Positions 1 to 9,946 of a stretch of 64,000 nucleotides of DNA are shown here, piece after piece. The notes beneath the pieces were generated by a model. The model made no database searches, was not told the DNA's origin, and was given only the letters and a program-made list of their open reading frames with translations. The DNA comes from Planctomycetes bacterium UBA1146. GTDB lineage: Bacteria; Planctomycetota; UBA8108; UBA1146. Made by a program: the position numbers and the translations under genes. Within the stretch, counting starts at the first letter, position 1. The number at the start of each line of letters is the position of its first letter. Where the stretch lies: the NCBI GenBank assembly GCA_002311345.1, contig DCAA01000043.1:6177-70176 (forward strand). The letters run 5' to 3'.

Positions 1-3000
1 TCGAATCGAAGACTCCGAGGAGTGGTCGAAGGTGGAGTACGAAGCGTTGACCCGTCTTCGCCATCCAAATCTTGCCCGGGTGTTTGATTTCGGGCGTGTC
101 TCCGATAGCCATGACTGGTTCATCGTGAGCGAGTTCATCCGAGGCGATGATCTGCTCGAGGCTTCGACGACGTTCGAGGAGGATGAATTACTCGATATTG
201 TCGTGCAGATCTGCAGGGCGCTCGAGTACATCCACGTGCAAGGATACGTTCACTTCGACATCAAGCCAGACAACATCCTCGTGACCCGGACTCGCCAGAT
301 CGGTAAGGATCAGACCTCAAAAGTGGTACAGGTAGCCGAGCATCCTGATTCCACAGACCATTGCCTGGGCCCTCCTCGAGTCAAGTTGATAGACTTTGGT
401 CTCGCCGAGAAGATCACAGGTACATTTGACTTTGCCATCAAGGGAACCCTTCACTACGTGGCTCCGGAGATCATCGATGGAGGAACTCCAGATCGTCGAG
501 CTGATCTCTATTCATTCGGTGTGACCCTATTCCAGATCTTGACGGGTAGACTTCCATTCGTCGCACCAGACGGTACCTCGACAGGTAGAATCGAGGGTTG
601 TTGGCGTGAAGAGATGCGAGCAGACCTCAAGGGTGAGCGAGAGTACCTGGTCGACATCGTGCTACGGTTGCTGGAAAAGGATCCCCAACAACGCTTCTCC
701 AGTGCCAGGGAGATCATCCATGCCCTCAGTGCCGGAGCCGGTTGCCACTGGCAGGTAGAAACCGCCGAGACACAGTTGTCCTATCTCCATAGCAGCAGGC
801 TTGTCGGGCGTCGCATGGAGCTGGAACACCTGGGAGAGGCTGTGGAACGAAGCCTCGGTGTCTCCCTGCGAGAAACAGGTAAGGAGCGAACGGCCGATCA
901 GGAGAAATCTCTGATGGTGGTCTCCGGTGAGATCGGAATCGGGAAATCCCGTCTGATCGATGAGTTCGCGCACCACCTCAAGTTACGGGAAATCCCCGTT
1001 TTCACCGGAAACTGTCCCGAGGCGGTCCAGGATGCATATCACCCCTTCCGCTCCATCGTCGAACAGCAAGCTCTCCTTGTCGGCATCGGTTCCGACCTTT
1101 TCAAAGAATACGAAGAATCATTGAAAAAGATCTGCCCGAGGCTGAGAGATGCGGATGTTACAGGAAATTCCGAAAGTGGAATCCGCCTGGATCGGGATCG
1201 CGTGCTCTTCATGGATCGTCTTGCGGCATTCATGGAAGAGGCGTCAATTGAAAAACCCTGCGTGTTGGTACTCAACAATTTTCACTGGGTTGACGATGCC
1301 AGCGTTGCGCTTCTATCTCGACTTCGACAACGACTCCAACGTGAAGAAAGTCAGGGTAGAATTCTTGTCATATTGACGATTCGAGATGACGAAAATAGAT
1401 CGTCAGCCATCGTCGAGTTCCTCGAAGGGGAACAAGCGAACAAATCGATGGACGAACTTTCACTGAAGCGATTTGGACGTGCGCAGATCACCGAGTTGAT
1501 CCACCACGTACTCCAGGTGGAGGAGATCCAATCGACCTTCCTCGATCGTCTTCAGGAGAGAACCGGAGGAAACCCACTCTTCATCGTCGAGATGCTCAAG
1601 GTGCTACAGGAAGAAGGCATCATCCAGCGAGAGGGAGATGCCTGGAGCATTCGCGGAGGTGGCGACCTTTCGCGCGTCGAGATGCCAGCGGGAGTCCACC
1701 AGGCGCTTCATCGCAGAGTTCGCGTCCTGGATGAGCAGGCCCGTAGCATCCTCAGGTTGATCGCTCTCCACGACAGACCGATCCTTCTGAAACTACTCGA
1801 ACTCATTGAAGGCCTCGCAGGAGATCTTCGGGAGAACATCCGAGAGCTGGAAGCCAGAGGAATGGTTGGTCGAACACTCGAGGCCGGGAGACCGGTCTAT
1901 TCGATTCCGCAGCCGAAACTGCGGGAGATCGTGCAGCGAGACATCCTGCCGGCCGAGACCAGAAGACTGCACGGAATGCTCGCCGAAGCCATCGAGGAGC
2001 ATCACGGTGATGATCTTGCCCCGGTGAGGGAAGAACTCTCGCATCATTATCAGAGATCAGATCTTCCAGAGCGTGCTCTGGTGCATCTGCTCGCCGCCGG
2101 AGATGCGATGACCGAAGTGCACGCCCATGAAAAAGCACTAGAACACTACCAACACGCTCTGTTGCAGTTCGAGGAAAGAGACGATCGAATTTCCGACTGG
2201 TTTGCGATAATCGAGAGGATTGGAGACTCCGCCACTGTCGTGGGAGATCTGGAACTGGCTCAGTCCTCCTTCGAGATCATCCAGGAGGCGAGGATCGACC
2301 AGGAGCAGGCTTGCGTCGAACTCGATCTGTACAGGGTCCGGGCGCTCCGGAAACTGGGCAAGATCGAGGAACTTCGAGGGGATTATCCCGGAGCACTGAG
2401 GCTTGTACGCGAGGCATCCGAGGTCGTTTCCAGGCTCTCGGGAGAGCATCGGGTTCAAGAGCAGATCCTGGTCCTCGGTCAACTCTCCTGGCTCTATGTT
2501 TGCTCGGGTGATTACGATCGCGCCATGACAATCAGCGGGGAAGGTCTCTCTCTCGCTGGCAATGAGGAGAAAACTGCCGAACACGCGCTCTTCTTCAGCA
2601 CCATCGGCAGCGCCTCTCTGTGCCGGGGTGATCTTGAACAGTCGCTGGAGTTCCATCGGAGATCGCTGGAGATTCGCGAGGATCTCGAGGATGTTCCGGC
2701 GGTGATCAACTCTCTCAATGCCCTCTCCGAGACCCATCTGGCTGCTGGAGAGGCGGTCGAAGCCCTGACTCTGGCCCGACAGGGACTCGAGATGGCGAAT
2801 GAACTTGGCGATCAACCAGGACGTGCCCTCGCACTCCATCGCGAAGCTGCTGTCTACCTGTTCTGCGGTGACCTGGAGGGTGCTGGTGAACGGGTCGAGG
2901 CATCGCTGGAAATCAGTCAGCAGCAACGGATGAAGTATCTCGGAATTCGTAATCACCTTCTCAGAGGTCGTATTCGTCGTTACGAAGGGGATCTACCCGC

Positions 3001-4084
3001 TGCGGAGGGTGATCTGCTGCGTGCTCTCGGGGTTCACGCCAGAGCAGGCACCGGAGTCGGCCTTATCGAATGCTTGCTGGATCTGGTAGATCTTCATCTT
3101 GTTGCCAAAGACCTGGACCGTGCCCGGGAAGAACTTCAACGTGCGTGCGAGGCAACCCGGGAAATCTCTCATCCGGGTCTCGTTGGGCAAGTGGCTCTTC
3201 GCCGCGCTCGCTTGCAGCGTTGTTCAGGTGTTGAGCCGACAGAAATTCTTGCGGCGCTGGAAGAGGTCGAGCACAACGCTCGCGACTGCGGTAATCGTAT
3301 CCTCAGGGCTGCTTCTCTGGTGGAGCAGGCTGAAATTCACATCGAACTACGCAATCTCGACGAGGCGCGCCAGAGTTACTCCGAGGCCGATGACCTCCAT
3401 CACGCTTTCGCTGAACAACTTCCACACCCATTGCGCGGACACTACCTGTCGCTCTATCGCGTCAGGGAGGACCAGCAGTCTGAAAGGGTGGTCAGGGAAA
3501 TCTCGCCGGAGGAAACCCCTATCCCCGAAAAAGTCGGCGAGGAAGTTGAACTGAAGGAAACCGTGGTTCTCGAGCAATCGGATCACGCTGAGGAGATGCT
3601 TCGAATTGCTTCCTTGTTGACGGAAGCGGCTTCTGCTTCGCTACCGCGCGTGTTGATCCCGAAAGCGCTTGCCTGTCTTGTCCGGTCCACCACTTCGAAG
3701 CAGGGCTGGATTCTGGCCAGGAATGGCGACGAGGTGCGAGTGATATGTGGTGCGAATCATGATGGTACGCCCCTGAAAGGGTCTCTCGAGCGAATTGCAC
3801 TGGCAGCCGTCGAGGATGTCTGGGATAGCGGACGGGCGATTCTTGCTCCCCGAGTGGTCGATGAGTCCCGGGTGCAGGCGATGGAGGAACTCTATTCATC
3901 CGGTGTTCAGAGTCTCGCCGTGATCCCGCTGTACCTCGATGGAACGATTCGGGCGGTCGCTTATCTTGCCGATCCAGATTCCACACAACTGGTCAGCGAT
4001 TCGGGGAAACTGTTACTCGATGCCCATGCGGGGTTACTGGCGTTACTGCTGCCGAGAAGTACTGGAGTCACCACACGCTCCTGA
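1..4084 (+). CDS. Multidomain Ser/Thr protein kinase–AAA(STAND) NTPase–TPR–GAF protein, 5' partial
   Basis: Kinase catalytic motifs are present (HFDIKPDNIL, DFG, APE). The glycine loop and Lys region would lie upstream of the window. A P-loop follows (VVSGEIGIGKSRLIDEF), then a GGNPLFIVEM motif typical of MalT/PknK-like STAND NTPases, a long helical TPR-like region and a C-terminal GAF-like segment. It is a continuous 1350-aa ORF. Confidence 0.8.
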   Translation, partial: RIEDSEEWSKVEYEALTRLRHPNLARVFDFGRVSDSHDWFIVSEFIRGDDLLEASTTFEEDELLDIVVQICRALEYIHVQGYVHFDIKPDNILVTRTRQIGKDQTSKVVQVAEHPDSTDHCLGPPRVKLIDFGLAEKITGTFDFAIKGTLHYVAPEIIDGGTPDRRADLYSFGVTLFQILTGRLPFVAPDGTSTGRIEGCWREEMRADLKGEREYLVDIVLRLLEKDPQQRFSSAREIIHALSAGAGCHWQVETAETQLSYLHSSRLVGRRMELEHLGEAVERSLGVSLRETGKERTADQEKSLMVVSGEIGIGKSRLIDEFAHHLKLREIPVFTGNCPEAVQDAYHPFRSIVEQQALLVGIGSDLFKEYEESLKKICPRLRDADVTGNSESGIRLDRDRVLFMDRLAAFMEEASIEKPCVLVLNNFHWVDDASVALLSRLRQRLQREESQGRILVILTIRDDENRSSAIVEFLEGEQANKSMDELSLKRFGRAQITELIHHVLQVEEIQSTFLDRLQERTGGNPLFIVEMLKVLQEEGIIQREGDAWSIRGGGDLSRVEMPAGVHQALHRRVRVLDEQARSILRLIALHDRPILLKLLELIEGLAGDLRENIRELEARGMVGRTLEAGRPVYSIPQPKLREIVQRDILPAETRRLHGMLAEAIEEHHGDDLAPVREELSHHYQRSDLPERALVHLLAAGDAMTEVHAHEKALEHYQHALLQFEERDDRISDWFAIIERIGDSATVVGDLELAQSSFEIIQEARIDQEQACVELDLYRVRALRKLGKIEELRGDYPGALRLVREASEVVSRLSGEHRVQEQILVLGQLSWLYVCSGDYDRAMTISGEGLSLAGNEEKTAEHALFFSTIGSASLCRGDLEQSLEFHRRSLEIREDLEDVPAVINSLNALSETHLAAGEAVEALTLARQGLEMANELGDQPGRALALHREAAVYLFCGDLEGAGERVEASLEISQQQRMKYLGIRNHLLRGRIRRYEGDLPAAEGDLLRALGVHARAGTGVGLIECLLDLVDLHLVAKDLDRAREELQRACEATREISHPGLVGQVALRRARLQRCSGVEPTEILAALEEVEHNARDCGNRILRAASLVEQAEIHIELRNLDEARQSYSEADDLHHAFAEQLPHPLRGHYLSLYRVREDQQSERVVREISPEETPIPEKVGEEVELKETVVLEQSDHAEEMLRIASLLTEAASASLPRVLIPKALACLVRSTTSKQGWILARNGDEVRVICGANHDGTPLKGSLERIALAAVEDVWDSGRAILAPRVVDESRVQAMEELYSSGVQSLAVIPLYLDGTIRAVAYLADPDSTQLVSDSGKLLLDAHAGLLALLLPRSTGVTTRS

Positions 4085-4359
4085 CAGTTATTGCCGATGC
4101 GGTTATCCTCGCGATCATGCGTATCCGGGAGAAGCGCTTCCGGGGTGGGTTTGTCACTCCAGAGCAGTTTTCGGGGGGAAGGGTATTCCACCACACTTGG
4201 GTACACTCGTGGTCTCGGGTAAAAAGGGGCATGATCTCACCGGCGATGGAACGTGATTCTGACGGCAGGGAGAACTTCATGAAGAAGATCGACTGGTGGT
4301 ACCACCGCAACGGCTGAACATCGTGCAAGCGAGCCCAGGAGTTCCTGGGAGAAGATCCC

Positions 4360-4626
4360 ATGGTCGGAGAACTGATCGATGCCAAGAAGAAGCGGATCGG
4401 TACCCAGGAGGCGCTGGCTCTGGCACGATCGGCGAGACGAGTGCTGGTTGCCCGGGGCAAGAAGTTTGTCGACTATGACATGCGGAAGGATGCTCCCGGG
4501 GATGAAGAACTGGTAAAGGGTATCATGGGGCCCAGCGGAAACCTCAGAGCTCCGACTCTGCGCATCGGAAAGACGGTGATCGTGGGATATCACGATGAGG
4601 TCTATTCTGAAGTGATGGGATCCTGA
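4360..4626 (+). CDS. Hypothetical small protein (88 aa) with weak ArsC/Spx-fold resemblance and no Cys
   Basis: ATG at 4360 follows an in-frame stop at 4315–4317. The C-terminal pattern RAPTLRIGKTVIVGY recalls ArsC-family proteins, but the catalytic CxxS/C N-terminus is absent. Confidence 0.35.
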   Translation: MVGELIDAKKKRIGTQEALALARSARRVLVARGKKFVDYDMRKDAPGDEELVKGIMGPSGNLRAPTLRIGKTVIVGYHDEVYSEVMGS

Positions 4627-4639
4627 CGAAGGGGATGAG

Positions 4640-5509
4640 TTGGGTATCTTCGATCGTGACTACATGCAGAGTTCAGGCAGTACGGGCAGCATGATCCGTA
4701 GTATGAGTGCGGTGAAGTTGATCGTCACCATCAACGTCGTTGTCTTCATCGCCTGGCGCCTCGCCTCGAGAGACTTCATGCAGTACGAGTTCATGACCAG
4801 TTGGGCACACCTGGCGAGCGGCCGCATCTGGACTCCCTTGACCGCAGCATTTTCCCATTACTCTTTCTTTCACATCCTCATCAACATGCTGGTCTTTCTG
4901 TCCTTCGCTCCGGTGCTCGAGGCGCGCTGGGGGAAAGGTCGATTCTTCGCCTTTTACCTGGGAGCCGCAATTTTCTCCTCCCTTCTCCATGCTTCGATGG
5001 TTCAGTTCGGCTGGCGAGATGCCCCGGCGCTAGGGGCTTCCGGGGCCGTCTGTGCCGTCACCACTGCCTTTGCCTGTTATTACCCGAAGAGTGTCATCCT
5101 GATCTGGGGAATCCTGCCGGCGCCGGCGTGGCTCATCGTGGTCGCCATGTCCCTGTTCGATCTGAAGGGACTGATCGACCAGAGCGAGGGTATCAGTACC
5201 GGAATCGGACACGCAGCCCATCTGGGAGGTGTGGTATTTGCTCTGGGTCTGCTATTTGTGCTTCCGAAGATGGGTCTCACCGGCTCCAGGAAGTCCTCCT
5301 CGCGTTCCCGGGTCGGGGCTCGTCGAGCTCCGGGAGATTACTACCCTGCCGCTCCTTCCTCGGATGGGGCTTCGGACCGAGACATCGCCGAAGAGGAACG
5401 TCTCGATGAGTTGCTCACCAAGGTGAGTCGAGAGGGAATCGACGCACTCGACGAGGACGAACGAGAAGACCTTCACCGGATCAGCCGGAAGCGAGGAGAT
5501 CTTCCTTGA
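4640..5509 (+). CDS. Rhomboid family intramembrane serine protease
   Basis: There are multiple TM helices, a GASGAV (GxSG) serine motif and an AHLGG histidine motif in a later TM. The tail is acidic and cytoplasmic. Confidence 0.75.
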   Translation: MGIFDRDYMQSSGSTGSMIRSMSAVKLIVTINVVVFIAWRLASRDFMQYEFMTSWAHLASGRIWTPLTAAFSHYSFFHILINMLVFLSFAPVLEARWGKGRFFAFYLGAAIFSSLLHASMVQFGWRDAPALGASGAVCAVTTAFACYYPKSVILIWGILPAPAWLIVVAMSLFDLKGLIDQSEGISTGIGHAAHLGGVVFALGLLFVLPKMGLTGSRKSSSRSRVGARRAPGDYYPAAPSSDGASDRDIAEEERLDELLTKVSREGIDALDEDEREDLHRISRKRGDLP

Positions 5510-5862
5510 GCCTGCTGGGTTTCCTGCGGCAAGGCTATCGCCGATGGAAACTCCGTTTGCGCGCCAGAAGGATTCTGCGTGGCCTTTTCCAGCAACCCGA
5601 TCGATTACAGGGAACCTCGCTCAAGCCGGTTCACTTCGGGCGCTGTGATATCGTCGAAATCGAGCAGTCTGATGATGAGGTTCGATCAATTACCTTCGAG
5701 ATCCTCAGGCATCCGCGACCTCACCCCTTCTCCCGGCAGTACCACCTGGTCGCCGAACGCTGGTCGGTTGTTCTTCCTCATGGCAAGCCTCGACGGTGTG
5801 GCTCGGTGAATCTGAGCCGTCTTCGAGGAGGCGATGGAGAACCTCCCGGTTCCTTCCCTTGA
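5506..5862 (+). CDS. Hypothetical Arg-rich protein (118 aa)
   Basis: An ORF with a TTG start overlaps the rhomboid stop. I recognised no domain and the coding status is uncertain. Confidence 0.2.
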   Translation: MSLLGFLRQGYRRWKLRLRARRILRGLFQQPDRLQGTSLKPVHFGRCDIVEIEQSDDEVRSITFEILRHPRPHPFSRQYHLVAERWSVVLPHGKPRRCGSVNLSRLRGGDGEPPGSFP

Positions 5863-5951
5863 CGACCCCCGGGTCGAACGGTGACGATCTGGCTTTGATG
5901 AAATACCGATGACCAGGAACCGGGTTCGATGGTGGATGGAGAGGGACGAGG

Positions 5952-6995
5952 ATGGAACTTCTGAAGGAACTATGTGAGGCCTACGGAGCACCGGGATTCG
6001 AGGACCGAATCCGGGCCATCTTCCGTCGTGAGATCGAGCCCCATGTCGATCGGATCGAGGTCGACGGGATCGGCAACTGCATCGCCATCAAGGAGGGCAA
6101 GGAAGGCTCTCTCAAGGTGATGCTTGCCGGTCACATGGACGAGATCGGATTCGTGGTGAAGCACATCGATGACAAGGGCTTCCTCAGGCTCTCTCCGCTG
6201 GGAGGGTTCGATCCGAAGACCCTTATCGCCAAGCGTGTCGCCATCATCACCTCGGAATCAGAAGAGATCACAGGGATGATTGGATCGAAGCCGACTCACA
6301 TCATGACCCCCGAGGATCGTAAGAAGATGCCCACGGTACCGGAACTGTTCGTCGATGTCTCAATGTCAGCAGAAGATGCCAGAGCGAGAATCGAGATCGG
6401 CGACCCGGTGACATTACAGCAGCCTTTCCAGGTTCATGGTGATCGCTGTACCGGAAAGAGTCTTGATAACAGGGTTTCCATCTACACCTTGATCGAAGCA
6501 GTTCGTCGTTACTCCAACGAGAATATCAGTGTGTATGCCGTTGCGACAACTCAGGAGGAGATCGGCCTTCGAGGAGCGATGACCGCCTCGCACCGGATCG
6601 AGCCAGATTGTGGAGTGGCCATAGATGTCACTCTCGCTTGCGACACTCCCGGTGCCAGTGAACACGAGAAAATTACAGCTCTCGGAGAAGGGGTGGCGAT
6701 CAAGGTTCATGATTCTTCGAGCATTTCGAATCCGAAGATGGTGAAAGCGATGCGCGAGATCGCCCGGAAAATGAAAATACCCTTCCAGATGGAGATCTTG
6801 ACGATGGGCGGCACCGATGCGGGAGGCATACAGCGTGGGGGGAGTGCGGTCCCTGCGATCACCCTCTCCGTCCCGTGTCGATATGTTCACACGGTGGTGG
6901 AGACCATCGATGCGAAGGATCTGGAAGCGACTGTGGCGTTGCTGGCAGGGTTCCTCGATCGGGCTCACGAGATCGACCTCGGCTACGATGGCTGA
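5952..6995 (+). CDS. M42 family metallopeptidase (FrvX/YsdC-like glutamyl aminopeptidase)
   Basis: The N-terminus reads MELLKELCEAYGAPGFE, with an HMDEIGF motif and conserved M42 architecture across 347 aa. Confidence 0.8.
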   Translation: MELLKELCEAYGAPGFEDRIRAIFRREIEPHVDRIEVDGIGNCIAIKEGKEGSLKVMLAGHMDEIGFVVKHIDDKGFLRLSPLGGFDPKTLIAKRVAIITSESEEITGMIGSKPTHIMTPEDRKKMPTVPELFVDVSMSAEDARARIEIGDPVTLQQPFQVHGDRCTGKSLDNRVSIYTLIEAVRRYSNENISVYAVATTQEEIGLRGAMTASHRIEPDCGVAIDVTLACDTPGASEHEKITALGEGVAIKVHDSSSISNPKMVKAMREIARKMKIPFQMEILTMGGTDAGGIQRGGSAVPAITLSVPCRYVHTVVETIDAKDLEATVALLAGFLDRAHEIDLGYDG

Positions 6996-7582
6996 TCGGC
7001 TCGGTCTTTCTCCCAGATGGCGAGACCGGTTTCGCCGTAACTTTTTCCTTCCCGGGCCTTCAGGCCCAGGGGGGGAGATTCTGCATCCTCCCGACGTGGA
7101 TGTTCGATGACGATCAGGCCACCTGCTTCCAGCCATTCATCAGCGGAGAGTTGTGCAGCGAGTTTCCACGGCAAGGAACCGGGGCCGCTGAAATCGGCAA
7201 ACGGCGGATCGATGAGGATGATCTGGAACGCTCCCCCCGGGGCAGGGTGCTGGGTGATCTGGTAGGCATCTGCTTCGAGAATCTTACATTGCGCCTCGAT
7301 ACCGAGGGCTTGCAGGTTGTCGAGGAGCAGATCCAGCACTGCCGGATCCTTCTCGATGTGAACAGATTGCCTGGCACCACGGGAGACCGCTTCGATTCCG
7401 AGTGCGCCAGAACCTGCGAAGACGTCGAGAACCCGTGCCGCTTCGATCCGATCCTGAATACTGTTGAAGAGTGATTCTCTTACACGCGACCGCATCGGTC
7501 GTACCACCAAGCCGGCAGCAACCTTGATCTTGCGGCCGCGCAGATAACCGCTGGTGATGCGGAGCGAGCCGTTACGGGTCAT
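6983..7582 (-). CDS. rsmD: 16S rRNA (guanine966-N2)-methyltransferase RsmD
   Basis: SAM-binding VLDVFAGSGALGIEAVSRGA and DPPF motifs; length 199 aa. Confidence 0.8.
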   Translation of the reverse strand: MTRNGSLRITSGYLRGRKIKVAAGLVVRPMRSRVRESLFNSIQDRIEAARVLDVFAGSGALGIEAVSRGARQSVHIEKDPAVLDLLLDNLQALGIEAQCKILEADAYQITQHPAPGGAFQIILIDPPFADFSGPGSLPWKLAAQLSADEWLEAGGLIVIEHPRREDAESPPLGLKAREGKSYGETGLAIWEKDRADQPS

Positions 7583-7600
7583 TGAAGCAGTCCCGGAAAT

Positions 7601-8071
7601 TCAGGAGACCAGGCGATTGTCGGATGCCGCGAGTCGCTGGGCCAGGATACGAGCCATGTTGAGGATCACCTTGTAGGCGACCAGGTTTCCCTCCTCGAGC
7701 AACTTCTGGAATGGCTCGGCGGGGATCTTCTTGAGTCGACCATCTTCGACGCACATGACAGTGGCGCTTCGAACATCACTGCTGATCAGTGACATCTCGC
7801 CGAAAAAGGACAGTTCTTCGAGTCGACCGAGAACCTCGTTTCGATTGCCGGACTTGAGTACTTCGAAGGCACCGGCTGCGATGATGTAAAAGCCATCACC
7901 GGGGGTGTCCTGGAGCACCACGGTGTCACTCTTTCGGGCAGAGATATCTTCAGAGATGCGCAATAACTGTGAAATCTCGGCTGGTTCGAGTCCCTCGAAC
8001 AGGGGGACTTTCTGGAAACTCTCGACGTATTCGCTCAACTGCGCTGCTCCCTCTTCGGGGGGATACTTCAC
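7601..8071 (-). CDS. Stand-alone cyclic-nucleotide-binding domain protein
   Basis: It shows a CAP/CRP-type cNMP-binding β-roll signature (FFGEMSLI, GDGFYIIAAGAFEV) and has no DNA-binding domain. Confidence 0.7.
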   Translation of the reverse strand: MKYPPEEGAAQLSEYVESFQKVPLFEGLEPAEISQLLRISEDISARKSDTVVLQDTPGDGFYIIAAGAFEVLKSGNRNEVLGRLEELSFFGEMSLISSDVRSATVMCVEDGRLKKIPAEPFQKLLEEGNLVAYKVILNMARILAQRLAASDNRLVS

Positions 8072-8167
8072 CCACCGGATCGACCCGGTTGAAGGGCTTC
8101 AGGTATAGTCGACACCTTAGCGGTTCCACCGTGAACTCGCAACGATGCCCGGGCAGCTCTTCCGTCC

Positions 8168-9178
8168 TCAGGATGCAGGTTTGGCGGCTTCCCACCAGGG
8201 CGCGAGATCGGCCGGAAGGGGCGCCTCGAACCGCATCGGTTGCTGACGGGTCGGATGTTGGAAAAAGAGTCTCCAGGCGTGGAGCGCGTGTCGTTCCAGA
8301 AGCGCAGGAGGACTCCCCGGTGAGATGGTGGACAGATTGGCGCTGGTCTCGTGGCCGTACAGGTAGTCGCACAGGATCGGATGCCCGATGGCTCGAAGGT
8401 GGACCCGGATCTGGTGGGTCCTTCCGGTGCTCGGGAAGCAATGGATCCAGGCATAACCCGGTGCTTTTTCGGGGCAGAGAATGCGGTCGAGTTTCCAGGC
8501 GGTGAAGGCGGGGCGTCCTGCATTGTCGTGACGAACCACCCTTTTCTTTGGATTGGTGAGTGACCGCGCAAGTGGCAAGTCGATCTCACCGGAAGGGGTC
8601 CCGGGGATGCCGTGGGTCAGGGCAAGATATTCCTTCGAGACCTCTCGGTCGTGAAATTGACGCGAGAGTTCTCGATGAGCCTCATCGGTTCGTGCGATCA
8701 CCATCAATCCAGAAGTTTCTCGATCGAGTCGATGAACAATTCCAGGACGATCTTCACCTCCGATGCTCGATAGTTGATCACTATGGCCCAGCAGCGCGTT
8801 GACGAGAGTGTTCTCGGGTGCAGTTCCTGGTGCCGGATGTACGATCATTCCAGCCCGTTTGGAGATCACGATGATCTGATCATCTTGATGGATCAGATCC
8901 AGTTCGTGGTCTTCCGGCAGCGGAACAAGTGATGGTATTGGTGGAGGATCGAAGAGGAACTCGTTGCCGACATGAACTCGCTGCGACGGTCGACATCGGT
9001 TGCCATCACAACTGATGCGGCCTTCTTCGATGAATCGGCGGAAGGCGGATCGAGAGTGCCCGGGGATTTGCTGAGAGAGCCAGCGGTCGAGCCGTTCTCC
9101 TGCATCCGCTTGCTCGACTCGATGGACTTGCGGTGCCGGATCGATGGGGCCTTCGGGCCCCTCAGTTCCCGTCACCAC
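8168..9178 (-). CDS. rluD: RluA-family 23S rRNA pseudouridine synthase (RluD-like, with S4 domain)
   Basis: An S4-like N-terminus (RLDRWLSQQIP...) is followed by the catalytic HRLDRETSGLMVIART motif. Confidence 0.8.
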   Translation of the reverse strand: MVTGTEGPEGPIDPAPQVHRVEQADAGERLDRWLSQQIPGHSRSAFRRFIEEGRISCDGNRCRPSQRVHVGNEFLFDPPPIPSLVPLPEDHELDLIHQDDQIIVISKRAGMIVHPAPGTAPENTLVNALLGHSDQLSSIGGEDRPGIVHRLDRETSGLMVIARTDEAHRELSRQFHDREVSKEYLALTHGIPGTPSGEIDLPLARSLTNPKKRVVRHDNAGRPAFTAWKLDRILCPEKAPGYAWIHCFPSTGRTHQIRVHLRAIGHPILCDYLYGHETSANLSTISPGSPPALLERHALHAWRLFFQHPTRQQPMRFEAPLPADLAPWWEAAKPAS

Positions 9179-9893
9179 CGGTGGTCGGGGGAGGAGGACC
9201 TAGATCTAGCGGTTTGGGATCAGGTTTCTCCCCTGCCTCTGTTACTGGTGGATCCGGAACCTCGGTCGTCAGGGTCGCATTCGGTATTTCCACTTTCTGG
9301 TCTGCAGTTGCGGGGTCGTCAGTATTGGTGTCGGTCCCGGTCACTGCATCATCGCCAGCTGGAGCGGTAGTTTCCGTCACCTCGGGTGGAGCAGGCTCTG
9401 GCAGCACGAAGCCCTCGCTCGATTGCTGTGAACTGCGAAATTCCTGCAAATAGGTACCGATGACGTAATCGTCGGGGAAGCGTTGCTGGCTCTGCTCGAG
9501 CAAAACGACAGCCTGTTGGCGACTCGCGTCGTCACCTTGATCCCACAGCCAGCGGGCCACCTTCTCGATGGCGATCGTCTCGATCGCCTGTCCTCTGACC
9601 TTTTCGAGCAGTGTGGGATACAGCGCTCGCACTTCATCGACTTCTCCGGCGAATGTTGCATCGATCTCGTTGTTCCACTGCTGGAGGTCCCGTTCTTTCA
9701 GTTTGTCCAGCAGGGAAGGAAGCATGATCAACCCGAGCAACACGACGACCCCGATGATGATCGGCGTGGCGTTGATCTTTGCCGCCTTGGCCACCTCGAT
9801 AGTGAGATTTTCGAGGGTTTCATCGAGTTCGCCAGCATCCTTGTTGGGATCGTAATCTTTGGTCTCGGGTCTGGCTGGGCCAGTTTTTGCCAT
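9162..9893 (-). CDS. Hypothetical single-pass membrane protein with Pro/Thr-rich C-terminal tail
   Basis: A TM helix (IIIGVVVLLGLIMLPSLL) sits near the N-terminus, followed by a coiled periplasmic segment and a PT-rich tail. I recognised no domain. Confidence 0.45.
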   Translation of the reverse strand: MAKTGPARPETKDYDPNKDAGELDETLENLTIEVAKAAKINATPIIIGVVVLLGLIMLPSLLDKLKERDLQQWNNEIDATFAGEVDEVRALYPTLLEKVRGQAIETIAIEKVARWLWDQGDDASRQQAVVLLEQSQQRFPDDYVIGTYLQEFRSSQQSSEGFVLPEPAPPEVTETTAPAGDDAVTGTDTNTDDPATADQKVEIPNATLTTEVPDPPVTEAGEKPDPKPLDLGPPPPTTGGDGN

Positions 9894-9946
9894 CTTGGAG
9901 TGGTCTCCCTATATCTCATCTTTGCTGCATCGTGGCAGCACCAGGA

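Noticed and set aside
662-4084. Numerous antisense and alternate-frame ORFs of 60–270 aa inside the kinase–STAND gene (for example 2138–2956 minus). Similar ones lie inside other long genes: 10410–11612 minus, 23233–24414 minus, 33649–34410 minus, 37652–39136 minus
   Set aside because: These are typical stop-codon-poor shadow frames of a high-GC genome. Their translations are low-complexity Arg/Pro/Gly-rich, and the sense-strand genes all have strong family signatures.
4360-4626. Calling the 88-aa protein an ArsC/Spx arsenate reductase
   Set aside because: There is no in-frame extension upstream (stop at 4315–4317). The protein has no cysteine at all, so the catalytic CxxS/C motif is absent. 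Only a loose C-terminal resemblance remains.
5506-5862. PilZ (c-di-GMP binding) assignment for the Arg-rich 118-aa ORF, because of RRWKLR and NLSRLRGG motifs
   Set aside because: The spacing between the RRxxxR-like and DxSxxG-like segments is about 85 aa instead of about 20–30. The second motif does not fit the consensus. The gene itself is doubtful.
5862-5951. tRNA-like fragment (GGGTTCGATGG) between the rhomboid-region ORF and the M42 peptidase
   Set aside because: It is only a partial T-loop-like match. No acceptor stem, D-arm or anticodon arm can be built around it.
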